Assembly: GCA_025594325.1 (NCBI GenBank)
Contig: JANHCV010000011.1
Location: forward strand, 1,116,001-1,180,000
Length of the DNA: 64,000 nucleotides
Direction: 5' to 3'
Source: Blastocladiella emersonii ATCC 22665
Taxonomy: Eukaryota > Fungi > Blastocladiomycota
Shown here: positions 21,822 through 32,583 of the stretch, piece by piece
Numbering within the stretch: position 1 is the stretch's first letter
Layout: every line of letters starts with the position of its first letter
Made by a program: the position numbers and the translations under genes
The notes under the pieces: generated by a model
The model's database searches: none
The model's input: the letters and a program-made list of their open reading frames with translations, nothing else
What the model was told of the DNA's origin: nothing

Positions 21822-24287
21822 CTAGGACCATGCCCCGTACTGCACCAGCGGCACAAACACGGACGCGACCACGACCAGCCGCCGGATCCGCGCGTCCCCC
21901 GGCATCTCCGTCTGCCACAGCTCCCACGACAGCGGCAGCGCCCACAGCCGGTTCGCCATCCCGCCGCCCGTCACGCTCCACCCGAGCACGCGCCGTCCCT
22001 CGGGCCCCGGCGGCCGCTCGGGGACCGCGCGCGCGAGCCGCCGCCGCTTGATCCCGAGCACGACGACGGCCGCGACGCGCGCGACGAGGATCTCGAGGCC
22101 CGCGAACACTACGAGGAGGACTGCGAGCGCCGACGGGTGCTGCCGGCCCAGCGGCGCGTCGGGGCGGTCGTCGCGCGGCGTGGTCCCGAGCCCGAGCTGC
22201 GGCACGCCCATGGCCGTCGACACGCCCAGCACCACCGTGTAGCAGAGCAGGCACTGGAACCGCGCGATCAGGCTGTGCTCGCTCCTTGTCACCTGCGACA
22301 GGTAGTGGAGTTGGAGAGGGTCGAGTTCGGGGTCGCGCGGGGGCGGGAGTTGCGGTGGAGGTGGGGACGGAGTGCGGTCTTTCGACTTGTACGCGGGGAC
22401 CAGGAACGAGACGAGCGACTCGAGCGACTGCGCGCGCTTGAGCCGCTTTTTGCTGGACTCGGGCTCAGCGGCGGCGGGAGAGGAGGAGGACGACACGAGC
22501 GTGCTGGACGCCTCGCGCGCGCGGCGGGGCAAGGACGTCGAGCTCCGTGCTACCGTGTAGCTGTCGCACGACCGGCGCTCGGCGGCGAGCGTCGTCAAGG
22601 ACGCCGACAGGACCGACGGGTAGAGCGACTGCGGGATCGGGCGCACCGGCGAACTCGGCTGCTCGCTGGACGACGACGTCTCGTCGTACTCGTCGTCGTC
22701 CGGGTACGGGTCGAGCCTTAGCGCGTCGCGCACCGAGAGCGAGCGCGGCAGGGATCCGTAGTACCGCGACCGCCACGCGCCCGAGTCGTCGAGCCCGTCG
22801 TCGTCGCTATCGCTGTCGCCGTCATCGCACGGCTCGATCTCGATGGTGCTTTCGGACCGCGCGTCGCTGTCGTCGGCGTGGCGGGCCGAGTCCATGGACG
22901 CGGTGCGGGACGGCACCAGCGCGAGCGAGGTGGCCGACGGCGGCATCGACGGGAGCGAGTTGCGGACGAGCGACTCGACCCACGCGGGCGCCGCGTCGCC
23001 GAGCATCGGCGAAGGTCCGCCGAGCAGCTCGAGCTCCCTTGCGTCGTCAGCCGCGGGCGCGACGGTCCACAGACACGCGCCCGTGTTCCAGTACTGCCGC
23101 AGGTCGTCGGCGAGCCCGGCGTCCTTGACGACGACGATGAGCAGGTTGAGGGCGAGGTACGGCGCCGCGACGGCGAGCGACGTCATGCTGTTGATGGACA
23201 CGGTGGTGACGGCGAGCATCTCGGCGAACCGTAGCGGGTACGTGAGCCACAGCTCCTCGACGCCAAACGCCACGCCGACGTTGTCGTCGAGCGCGCTCAG
23301 CAGCGCCGCGATGATCACGCGGTACGTCACCAGCACCCACGTAAAGTGCGGGCGCACCGCGGGCAGCGCGACGCTCGCGGCGAGCATGTTGTTGAGCGCG
23401 CGGAAGATGTGCGCGACGCCGAAGAACAGGATGGTCCAGTCGACGTGCCGGTACAGGAACGCGAGCTCGTTGCGGCGCGCCTTGACGGCGAGGAACACGG
23501 AGATGGTCAGCGTCGTGGCGACCGCGACCGGGATCAGGTAGACCGTCGACAGCACGCCCCAGTACGACAGGTAGTAGACGGCAAACGCCGCCTGCACCGC
23601 GTACCCGACGGGACTCCACAACCCCCCGCCCTGCGCCGGGACACGCCCGCCGGAGTCGCGCCGGTCCCACACCCACACGCGCGCCTTGACGAGCGCCAGC
23701 AGGCCGACCATCACCCACACGTACGTGACGTGCGACACGGCGAACCCGAGCAGCGTCTTCGGCAGGCCGGGCACGTCGGGGACGTTGGGGGAGTCCCACC
23801 CAACGCCCGCGAGATCGGCCGCGTGCATCGCGAGGGCCACCGCGACACCTACGCCCTGCACCACGTCGGCGACGCGGTCGCACGCGGCGCGACGGTAGAC
23901 GAGCGAGAAGAGCGCGCGGAAGTGCGCCAGCAGCACGGCCCACGTCACGAGGTCGTACGCGCTGCGCAGGCGGAGCGCGGTGCCGCGGTGGTGGTCGCCC
24001 GAGGCGACTGCGAGCTCGATCCCGCATTTGACGGCGACGGCCGCGCCCGAGCTCGCGGCCATGACGAGCGCGAGCGGGGCCACGCGGCGGAACATGCGCG
24101 CGATCAGCTCCACGTGCTGACGCACCGTCAGGCACGACGTGAAGGTGGCCGTGTCGCCGCCCGAGGTCGAGGATGAGGACCGAGGTGCTTCTGGGTCTGA
24201 TGGTTGAGGGATGTCGGCGTCGTCGGCGAGCCGGTCGAGGGTCCGCGTCACGGTCCCACGCGGCGTGTACGGGTGCCAGAGCGACAT
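21822..24287 (-). CDS. Unknown multipass membrane protein, paralog A (intronless)
   Basis: Long ORF with many hydrophobic segments, a large S/D/P-rich loop and two terminal TM helices. Shares FGV..LWL..P.R.AEMLAV and TRSEHSL with its neighbour. Confidence 0.7.
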   Translation of the reverse strand: MSLWHPYTPRGTVTRTLDRLADDADIPQPSDPEAPRSSSSTSGGDTATFTSCLTVRQHVELIARMFRRVAPLALVMAASSGAAVAVKCGIELAVASGDHHRGTALRLRSAYDLVTWAVLLAHFRALFSLVYRRAACDRVADVVQGVGVAVALAMHAADLAGVGWDSPNVPDVPGLPKTLLGFAVSHVTYVWVMVGLLALVKARVWVWDRRDSGGRVPAQGGGLWSPVGYAVQAAFAVYYLSYWGVLSTVYLIPVAVATTLTISVFLAVKARRNELAFLYRHVDWTILFFGVAHIFRALNNMLAASVALPAVRPHFTWVLVTYRVIIAALLSALDDNVGVAFGVEELWLTYPLRFAEMLAVTTVSINSMTSLAVAAPYLALNLLIVVVKDAGLADDLRQYWNTGACLWTVAPAADDARELELLGGPSPMLGDAAPAWVESLVRNSLPSMPPSATSLALVPSRTASMDSARHADDSDARSESTIEIEPCDDGDSDSDDDGLDDSGAWRSRYYGSLPRSLSVRDALRLDPYPDDDEYDETSSSSEQPSSPVRPIPQSLYPSVLSASLTTLAAERRSCDSYTVARSSTSLPRRAREASSTLVSSSSSPAAAEPESSKKRLKRAQSLESLVSFLVPAYKSKDRTPSPPPPQLPPPRDPELDPLQLHYLSQVTRSEHSLIARFQCLLCYTVVLGVSTAMGVPQLGLGTTPRDDRPDAPLGRQHPSALAVLLVVFAGLEILVARVAAVVVLGIKRRRLARAVPERPPGPEGRRVLGWSVTGGGMANRLWALPLSWELWQTEMPGDARIRRLVVVASVFVPLVQYGAWS

Positions 24288-24857
24288 GGCAGCGGGAGCC
24301 GGTGGGAGCAACAGTGCAAGGAGGCAAATGCGACCCGGTATGACGGGCCCGATCAGGAAGGCGGCGCCGCAACGGCGAGCACAAAGGGCAATCGGAGGTC
24401 GGTCGGCGCGGGCAGGGGAGAGCCGAGGTCGAAGGTTGGCGAGCGAGCGGAGATCAAAGACGTCTCGTTCCCGCGCGGGTAACTGGATTACATGGAGTCG
24501 GTGGTGCGTATGCAAGAACTGTTTGTTGAGTTTGTGAGGGCAGAGACAGGAGAGGAGAGAGGGGAGAGCGCCGCGGGGGAGGGCGGCCGGGTCGGCGAAT
24601 CAGGCGCCCGTTCCATCGGAGCGGGCCGCGAGCGACCGACCTTCCATCACGGACCAAGCAAGGAAACACCTTTCGCTCGCGTGCATGGCCGCGGACCGCG
24701 GGAACCGGCGTGATCGGGCGCGCCCTGGCCAATGAGGACGCTGTGATGTAACGCATCGACGCGTCAGCCTGTGCTGGCCGTGGCCGCGAACCTTATCCCG
24801 ACGACGTTGCTGCGCGATCAGCATCACGACGCGCTCGGTCGCGGTGTACAGCCCAGT

Positions 24858-27040
24858 CTATGTCCCCGTCCACGGCCCGTACTGGCAAAATGTGACAAAC
24901 ACGCACCCGACGAGCAGCAGGTCGACGACGCGCGCGTGCTGCGGCATCCGTGTACTCCAGAGGTGCAATCGTGCATGCCTTGGCCTCGTCTGCCGGGGGA
25001 CCATCGCTGGCAGGTTGCGCGACGACGCGCGCGGGAGGACCGAGACGACGGTCCCGGACGCGGTGCGTGGCCGCGTCGCGCGCGTCAGCGGGGCCGCGTG
25101 TGGTGGTGGGAGCGGCGGGGCCTGCTCCGCGTCGACCACGGCCACGGCCATCTCGCCGCTCCCCGGCGCAAGCGGCGCCGCTGAGTTCCCCGCCCCCGCC
25201 GACTCGGTCTCGCCCGACTCACCGCCACCGCCCGCGGATGTGCCGTGCGCGGACCCGACCCCGACCGCCGACCTACCCGTCTCGCTGCGCCCGCGAACGC
25301 CACGCCCAGCCCCGTTGAACGCCTCGAACCGCGCGAGCTTGATCCCCATGACCCAGATCGCGACGACGCGCGCGACCGCGATCTCGAGGACGAACACGGC
25401 GACCGACCGCGCCACGGCGAACGCCGGCGCGTGCGGCGGTTCCGTCGTTGCGCCTGCGGGGAGTGCTGCGGCGAGGCCCGCGCGCAAGCAGTACGCGAGG
25501 ACGTAGCACGCGATGACGAGGAGCCGGCCGACGAGCGAGTGCTCGGAACGAGTGATCTGCGTGCGCAGGTCCGACTCGAGGACGCGCAGCGGAGATGTGT
25601 ACGCGTACAGGCCCGAGGGAAGGCGGATCGCCACATCGCTCGTGGTGCGCGGGGACGGCGGGCAGGCCAGGGTCGTTGAGTCGGTTGGTGAGGATGGTGG
25701 GAAGTTGCTTGCTGCTGGGGCGGAGGCGAGGTCAGCGCCCGACGTGCACGCGGCCGAGCCCATGATGCGCAGCGATGCGGGCGGCGCCGCGACCAAGGGA
25801 GGCTTCGCGTCCGCGGCCGCCACGGACTTGGCCGACCTCAGCTGCGGCTCGGCCGCTGGCCCGACCGTGACCGACGACGATACCCCAGCCGCAGACCCCG
25901 CAGACGCAGCCGCCGCCTTGCCGAGCGTGGTCGGCAGCTGCTCGGACCAGATCGAGAACCCGTACGTGAAGTAGAACCGGAGGTCGTCGAGCGCGCCCGC
26001 GTCCTTGGCGGCCGTGACGGCGAGGTTGAGCACGAGGTACACGAACACGTCGCTGAGCGACGTCATCTTGTCGAGCGTGATAGTCCCGACGGCGAGCATC
26101 TCGGCGAGGCGGAACGGGAACGCGAGCCACAGCTGGTTCACGCCGAACGCGAGCTCGACCGTTTCGTCGACCTGGATCACCATCCACGACACGCACGTGC
26201 GGTACCCGAGCAGAACGAAGCTGATCGACGACGGGTCCGGGAACCACGCGATGATCGACTCGAGCGCGCTCGCAAAGGCGCGGAAGCCGTGGAAGGCTAC
26301 ACGTTCGTGCCGGTTAGCCGAGCTTCGCGGCGTTGGGTACAGGAACACTACGAACCCGCGAAGAACACTACGGACATGTCGAAATGCCGCTGCATCTGCT
26401 CGAGGTGGCGCCGCTTGTAGTAGAGGAACGCGGGCAGCGTGTTGGAGATGGCGAACATGACTGCCATGGCGATGGGCATCGGCAGCACGTCGTAGTACAC
26501 GATGTAGTACACGACAAAGTTGGCCTGCATCGCCGCGTAGATGGGCGACCACGTCTGCTGCGCGGGGATCGCGCCGGGCTGGTCGCGGTCCGTGACGAAC
26601 GCGCGCCACTTGAAGAACGGCAGCAGCACCAGCATCGACCAGATGAAATCAAAGTGGTTGGCCACCTGCCCGAACAGCGTCGGCGCGAGCTTGATGTAGT
26701 ACGTGACGGGCACGTCCCACGCGACGCCCGCCCAGTCGACGGCGTGCAGGACCGTCATCACCGCGAACCCCGTCGCGAGCGCCGCGGTGCCCGCGCGGTC
26801 CACGACGATCCGCACGAACACCACCGAGAACAGCGCGCGGTGCAGCAGCAGGATCACGGACCACGCGCACAGCTCGTACAGCGCGCGGATCCGTAGCGCG
26901 ACCGCGCGGTCCGTCGACAGACAGAAGACCCGGAGCACCGTCGCCGTCGCGCACGCGCCGAGCATGACCGCCGCCACGCGCGCGACGCGCGCGAACACCT
27001 TGCGCACGCCCCACAGGTGGTCGAGGACGCTGAGTTTCAT
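24858..27040 (-). CDS. Unknown multipass membrane protein, paralog B; intron 26297-26355
   Basis: Start MKLSVLDHLWG. The intron GTTCGT..CTAAC..TAG joins ORFs 26348-27136 and 24858-26609. Collinear with paralog A and ends QYGPWTGT (A ends QYGAWS). Confidence 0.7.
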
Positions 27041-27325
27041 CGTTGCGGAGAGTTGCGTTACATGGTCTAGGTGTGGCGCAGTTTGGGGGGCGCGAACGAT
27101 TTTGCCGCGAGGGGAGAGAAGCGCGTCCGGCGCCAAGTCTCAAAGTGTCTCGCACCCCACACGTGATTGCGCGACGCGTATCCTGGGCGAGATCGATCGG
27201 GCCGGTCCGATCACTGAGGGGACGGCCAGATGGGCGAGCGCGAGTGATAAGGATACAACGTTGATATAATACGAATTGAGAGGGGAGTACAACGATAAAT
27301 AACTACTGGAGGCGAGGGGACGACC

Positions 27326-29362
27326 TCAAAAGTCGCTGTCATCCTCCGAGTCCGACTCGGACGACGACGGCTCGGGCGGAGCGACCGCCTTGATGCGCGA
27401 CGACGACCGGGTGCCCGCGACGGGCGCCTTGGTCTTGCCCTTGGCCTTGGGCTTGGCCGGGCCAGCCGCCGCCGCGCTGCAGGGGACCGTGGACGGGCGG
27501 GCCCTGGCCTTGGGCTTGGCCTTCGGCTTGTCCTCGGGCGGCGGGGCGATCAGCCCGAGTTTGACCATAATATCGACAAGACACTCGTCGTCCTCGGCGT
27601 CGCCGTGGTGGAGGGTGCGGCATCCGGGGCACGCGTCGATGCCGACGCGGCGCATGTGGTCGTAGCAGTCGGTGCACACCGTGTGGTTGCATGGCAGGAC
27701 GACGGGTCCCTCGAGCAGCGTGTGGCACACGAGGCACGACAGGAACTCGGAGACCTGGCGGATGAAGTCGGCGCGCGACATGGGCTGCGCGAGGAGCGCG
27801 TTCCACTGGGTCGCGCGGCGCTTGTCCTTCTTGATGAGCGCGAGCACGGCCGCGGGCGGCGTCCACGCGTTCGCCTTCTGCTTCTTCTTGGCGGGCGGGC
27901 GGGCGGCGCCCGCGGACGACGAGCCCGCCTCGCTGGCGGCGTCCTCGTCGAGCTCGTCGTCACCGTCGTCGTCGTCGCCGCCCTCGCCCGCGGCGGCGGC
28001 GGCCTGCGCGGCGGCGTCGTCCTCGGTCATGGACTCGATCATGGTGAGCCCGTGGTCGGCAATGTACTGCTTTCCCTCGGGGGTCCAGGGCGCGGGCTCG
28101 TCGTCGTCGCGGCGCATCAGGTAGCGCCAGACCATGTGGCCGGCCTTGCCCTTTTCCGGGTAGTACTTGACGACCTTGTACAGGCCGTCGTACCGGACGC
28201 CGGCGTCGGGCGCGTAGTCGCCGTGGTCCGTCTTCTTGAGCTTGTAGGAGCGGACGACGCGGACGGGGAGCGACTTGCGCCAGTTGGCGGCCTCGGCGCC
28301 CTTGGTCGAGTTGAGCTTGGCGTTGCAGGTGCGGGCGAGGGCGAGGTTCCCCTTCTCGAGCTTCTGCGGGGCCGACTGGTTGGCGGTGCGCAGGTTCTTG
28401 CCGCCCTCGTTGAGGTCGCGGCCGCCGCTGCCCGTGTAGATGAACTCCTCGCCGTGGTCGACGTCGTCCTCGTAGCCGCCCGACAGGACGATCGAGAGAG
28501 CGCCGTCGTCCCCTTTCCCGTTGCCGCCGTGGATGCCGGCGACGAGCGGGCGGTGGACGCCCGAGGCGGCGCACAGGTTGCGGATCTTCCACGACTGGCC
28601 GCACAGCACGCCGGGGATCTTGCCGCGGTGCTTCTTGGGCACCAGGCACTTGACGGGGACCGAGGCGCACGCGTTGCCGTGGCCCCACGCCTTGGTGGCG
28701 GTGGCGGCCTTGCCCTTGGTCTTCTTGTGCGACTTGACGACCTTGCCCTCGTTCTTGCACGAGGTGCAGTACCAGTGGTCGCCGGGCGGCAGCTCGCGGA
28801 TCCCGAGACACTCCCAGTGCAGCCACCCGACACACTCGTCGCACACGATGGTGCGCTCGGCGTCGCCGTCGACGCGCATGCACTCGATGCACCCGCACCG
28901 CGTGCACTTGCGGCGGTTCGCGTCCTTCTTGCAGTCCTTGCACATCTCGTCGGGGTCCGTCAGGTGGTTGTCGAAGACGGGCGGCACCGATTTCTCGCAC
29001 TTCCACGGCGCGTTCGGGTCGTCCTCGTCCACGACGCCGTCCGCGTCCGCGTCGCCGGCCGAGGACGAGCCGGACGCGGCGAGGGCGTCGGCGAGGTCGG
29101 CCATGTTCGCGACGCCGCCGTTGAGCGACTTGTGCAGCAGTAGCACCGAGTTATTGGTGATGCGGTAGTCGTGCACGGTCATGTCGCGGTCGACGATCAG
29201 CATGCCCGAGAAGAAGAGGCGGAACGAGCCCGCGGGCAGGTCGAGCTGCGCGCCGATGCGGTCCAGCATGGCGCCGATGCGCTCCGACTTGGCGACCAGC
29301 TTGACGGCGGTCTTGGCCTTGGTGTCGTCCTGCATGTCGCGGACGAAGAATTGGGCCGACAT
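27326..29362 (-). CDS. UHRF1: UHRF1-like E3 ligase and hemimethyl-DNA reader (UBL-PHD-SRA-RING)
   Basis: N-terminal UBL; pre-PHD/PHD CKDC..C..CGC..C..VCDEC..H..C..WYC..C; SRA GVHRPLVAGIHG, SIVLSGGYEDDVDHG, YTGSGGRDL, RYDGLYKVVKY, LMRRDDDEPAPWT; C-terminal C3HC4 RING. Confidence 0.92.
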   Translation of the reverse strand: MSAQFFVRDMQDDTKAKTAVKLVAKSERIGAMLDRIGAQLDLPAGSFRLFFSGMLIVDRDMTVHDYRITNNSVLLLHKSLNGGVANMADLADALAASGSSSAGDADADGVVDEDDPNAPWKCEKSVPPVFDNHLTDPDEMCKDCKKDANRRKCTRCGCIECMRVDGDAERTIVCDECVGWLHWECLGIRELPPGDHWYCTSCKNEGKVVKSHKKTKGKAATATKAWGHGNACASVPVKCLVPKKHRGKIPGVLCGQSWKIRNLCAASGVHRPLVAGIHGGNGKGDDGALSIVLSGGYEDDVDHGEEFIYTGSGGRDLNEGGKNLRTANQSAPQKLEKGNLALARTCNAKLNSTKGAEAANWRKSLPVRVVRSYKLKKTDHGDYAPDAGVRYDGLYKVVKYYPEKGKAGHMVWRYLMRRDDDEPAPWTPEGKQYIADHGLTMIESMTEDDAAAQAAAAAGEGGDDDDGDDELDEDAASEAGSSSAGAARPPAKKKQKANAWTPPAAVLALIKKDKRRATQWNALLAQPMSRADFIRQVSEFLSCLVCHTLLEGPVVLPCNHTVCTDCYDHMRRVGIDACPGCRTLHHGDAEDDECLVDIMVKLGLIAPPPEDKPKAKPKARARPSTVPCSAAAAGPAKPKAKGKTKAPVAGTRSSSRIKAVAPPEPSSSESDSEDDSDF

Positions 29363-29766
29363 GGTTGGTGCGGAATGAATTCGGGGCAAGTGGTTCTTCT
29401 GCTTCAAGTGTGCATTCAGCGGTGATACATGAGGGCCGCCGGGTGGGACGGGACGGGCAGTGCGGGAGCGAGAGCGGAAATGCAGCGACTCGACGGACGG
29501 GCCGGCCGAGCGAGCAAAACGCCACACGGCGGGCCGCTCACGTGGGTGTCTCAGGGGCCGCCCTCTTTCGCTCCTCGCCGTCGCACAGGCCGCACCGCGT
29601 CGTCTACACTTATCGCCCGCGCGGAAATGCCCATGTAAACACGCACCGAAACTCTATGCAACGGCACATGACGCCCTGATTCTCTGCGCTCGACTGCTCC
29701 CCACCGACAACGACCCACGACCCACGACCCACGACTCTCCCCTCCTCCCTCTCGACCGACCACGGA

Positions 29767-32583
29767 ATGCGCGCGTCGACGTCGAGCTACGGCTCGGCGC
29801 CGCTCCCGCCCACCGCCGTGACCCACCACACTGCGCCGTGGCTGCAACGCGTCAAGCGCGATCCGTCGCCGCCGCGCTTTGCGCTGGCCGACTTCCGCCT
29901 CGGCGAGCAGCTCGGCGCGGGCACGTCGGGCGCCGTGTCGGCCGCGTTCCCGATCGACGAGCGCAAGTACGCGCGCCTGCGCGGCGTGCCGCTCGCCATC
30001 AAGTCGGTCGCCAAGGCCGACCCCAAGTTCGCCAAGCGGTGCGCGATGCTCGAGCGCGAGCGCGTCCTGCACCCGCTGCTCGTGCACCCGAGCATCGTGC
30101 GCATGTACGGCTTCGACGACGACGGCGAAAACGTCTACTTTCTGCTCGAGCGGTGCGGCGGCGGCTCGCTGCAGCGGTACCTCGAGCGCCGCGGCCGCCT
30201 GACCGAGCCCGAGGTCCGCCACGTCCTCCGCGACCTCGTTCCCGCCATCTGCTACCTCGCCGAACACGGGTTCATGCACCGCGACCTCAAGCCCGCCAAC
30301 ATCCTGCTCACCGACGACGGGCACGTCAAGATCGCCGATTTCGGGCTCATTGCCCGCGTCAACGGCGAGGACCTGACCGACGCGCCCGACTCGCGCGCCG
30401 TGGCCCGAGTTACCCCCGCGGGCAAGCTGGGCACGCCGGAAAACCACCGGACCCTGTGCGGCACCGCGAGCTACCTGGCCCCCGAGGTCGCCGCCCGCAA
30501 CAAGGCCTACTCCAAGGAGGTGGACGTGTGGTCGCTCGGCGTCATCACCTACGAGATGCTCGTCGGGACCACCCCGTTCAAGCCCGACCCCAACACCCCG
30601 CACGACGACCTCGTCCGCGCCACGCTGTACCGCGTGACCGAGTGCCCCTACACCATCCCCGACGACGCCGGCCTGTCCAACCTGGCCCGCGACCTCCTCG
30701 CGTGCCTGATCCAGCGCGACCCGAGCAAGCGCCTCAAAGCCAACGAGATCCTCAAGCACCACTTCTTCAACCTGCCCGCCGAACCGCTCCCGCCGCTCGC
30801 GTTGCTCGGGCCACCGCCGCCCGCCGCCGCCATCACCCCGCTGCACCAGACCGTCTCCGCCGTCACCTACTCGCACGTCTCGCGCACCCACCAGTCTACG
30901 GTCTCGACCCAGTCCACCATGTCGCCCTACGGCTACCAGCCCACGCCGCCCGACTACCACCACCACCAGCAGTACGCCGGGTTCGCGCAGCCGTCCTCGG
31001 CGTCGTCGTCCCGCTCGCGCAGTCGCTCGTCGCATCCCCCTGCTACTTCTGCACCGCCACCACCGTCATCACATCGCCCACCACCACCGGCAGCAGCAGC
31101 GCCGCAACCCGCGTCAGCGCATCGGTCCTCGTCCCGCTCCTACGACCCACCACCACCACCCGCACCGCAACCTGCGTCTGCACCTCGCTCTTCCTCTCGC
31201 TCTTACGACCCACCACCACCACAACAGCAGCAGCAAAAGGAGCAGCTGATCCCGTTCGCGCGGTTCGACGCGACGCGCGTGACCCCGAACCGCGCCTTCA
31301 CGACCAACCACGGCACGCTGCTCGTGCACTCGGTGCAGGGGAAACCGCGCGTGCTCTTTGCCCTGGCCGACGGCACGTACCTGCTCGCGAGAACCGACGG
31401 GTCCATGGTCGCCGAGTGCCGCGCCACCACCGCGCCGCCCGTCCCGCCGCTCGGGCCCAGGAGCACCCCGAACCTCGTCATCGTCAGCCCACAGTACCGG
31501 GACACGGTCGGGCTCCCCGCGCGCCTGCAGCCCAAGCACCAGAAGCTCCTCGCCATGGTCCAGTACGCGGTCGCCCGCTCGCCGTGCGTCATCCTCGACG
31601 GGCCCCGCGGCACCGCACAGCTCATGTGCAACATGCCCGACCCGGACCTCCAATTCCGCTTCCACCCGGCCGCGCCCGGCGCGACCGCGCGACGCATGCT
31701 GTACGGCGGCAGCGGCAAGCGGCACGTCATCGTGTACGACGGGAGTGCGACGACCAAGTTCGCCGTCGACCACCCGCCGCCCGACCTCGCCGACGACGTA
31801 CGCCACGTCATGCACTGCCGCGCCGAGTGCCTCAACGCGTTTAACCGCGAGGCCAAGGACGGGCGCACGCCGGACCCCGCGAACCCACTGCGTATCACTA
31901 CGGGCGCCGCTGTCAATGGCGCGGTGCGCCGGTCCCGCCCGCCGTCCGTCGCGTCCACGACGGCGCAACAGCCACGGTCGCGCCGCGTCTCGGCAGCCAG
32001 CTCGAGCCCCGGGACGACCGCGACCGCGACCGCGACCGCGTTCCGCGGCAGCAGCAGCGGCGTGGTCCGGTCCGACAGCGGGTTCGGCGACTCGATGCCC
32101 ACGGCCGCGCCACCAGCACCACGCTCCGGCGAGTACACGAGGTACTACGCGTCGCCGCCGTCCGTCGCGGGCAGCAGCACCACCACCACCACCACCGCTG
32201 CGCGCGGGCACCGGCGTACGACAAGCCAGCGGTCGGCCGCGTCCTCATCATCGCCCGCCGCTGCGCCACCGGCGCCACCGCTCGACCCGAACGCAGCCTT
32301 CAAGTTCTTCATCCCGGGCACCGGGTGGTGCACGCGGTCCGCCGCGTACCTGTACACGGTGCTGTTCCTGGACGGGTCGTGCGTGACGGTGCACGGCGCG
32401 GAGAAGGAGCTCGAGTTCGCGCCCGCGCCCGCGCCGTTGGCGGGGTCGGGAGCGGGGCCAGCACAGGTGCAGCCGCGCCGGTTCAAGTACGCGCGGCTCA
32501 CGGACCTCCCGCCCGACGTCCGCCGCGGCGTCGACGCGTATGTGCGGTGTCTGCAGACGCTCAAAGAGCAGGGGCTGATCTGA
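29767..32583 (+). CDS. PLK4: Polo-like kinase 4-like Ser/Thr kinase (kinase, cryptic polo box, PB3)
   Basis: Kinase motifs HRDLK, DFG, TLCGT..YLAPE. CPB-like ARSPCVIL...AQLMCNMPDPDLQFRF and PB3-like FFIPGTGWC...VLFLDGS match recalled PLK4 patterns. Confidence 0.75.
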   Translation: MRASTSSYGSAPLPPTAVTHHTAPWLQRVKRDPSPPRFALADFRLGEQLGAGTSGAVSAAFPIDERKYARLRGVPLAIKSVAKADPKFAKRCAMLERERVLHPLLVHPSIVRMYGFDDDGENVYFLLERCGGGSLQRYLERRGRLTEPEVRHVLRDLVPAICYLAEHGFMHRDLKPANILLTDDGHVKIADFGLIARVNGEDLTDAPDSRAVARVTPAGKLGTPENHRTLCGTASYLAPEVAARNKAYSKEVDVWSLGVITYEMLVGTTPFKPDPNTPHDDLVRATLYRVTECPYTIPDDAGLSNLARDLLACLIQRDPSKRLKANEILKHHFFNLPAEPLPPLALLGPPPPAAAITPLHQTVSAVTYSHVSRTHQSTVSTQSTMSPYGYQPTPPDYHHHQQYAGFAQPSSASSSRSRSRSSHPPATSAPPPPSSHRPPPPAAAAPQPASAHRSSSRSYDPPPPPAPQPASAPRSSSRSYDPPPPQQQQQKEQLIPFARFDATRVTPNRAFTTNHGTLLVHSVQGKPRVLFALADGTYLLARTDGSMVAECRATTAPPVPPLGPRSTPNLVIVSPQYRDTVGLPARLQPKHQKLLAMVQYAVARSPCVILDGPRGTAQLMCNMPDPDLQFRFHPAAPGATARRMLYGGSGKRHVIVYDGSATTKFAVDHPPPDLADDVRHVMHCRAECLNAFNREAKDGRTPDPANPLRITTGAAVNGAVRRSRPPSVASTTAQQPRSRRVSAASSSPGTTATATATAFRGSSSGVVRSDSGFGDSMPTAAPPAPRSGEYTRYYASPPSVAGSSTTTTTTAARGHRRTTSQRSAASSSSPAAAPPAPPLDPNAAFKFFIPGTGWCTRSAAYLYTVLFLDGSCVTVHGAEKELEFAPAPAPLAGSGAGPAQVQPRRFKYARLTDLPPDVRRGVDAYVRCLQTLKEQGLI

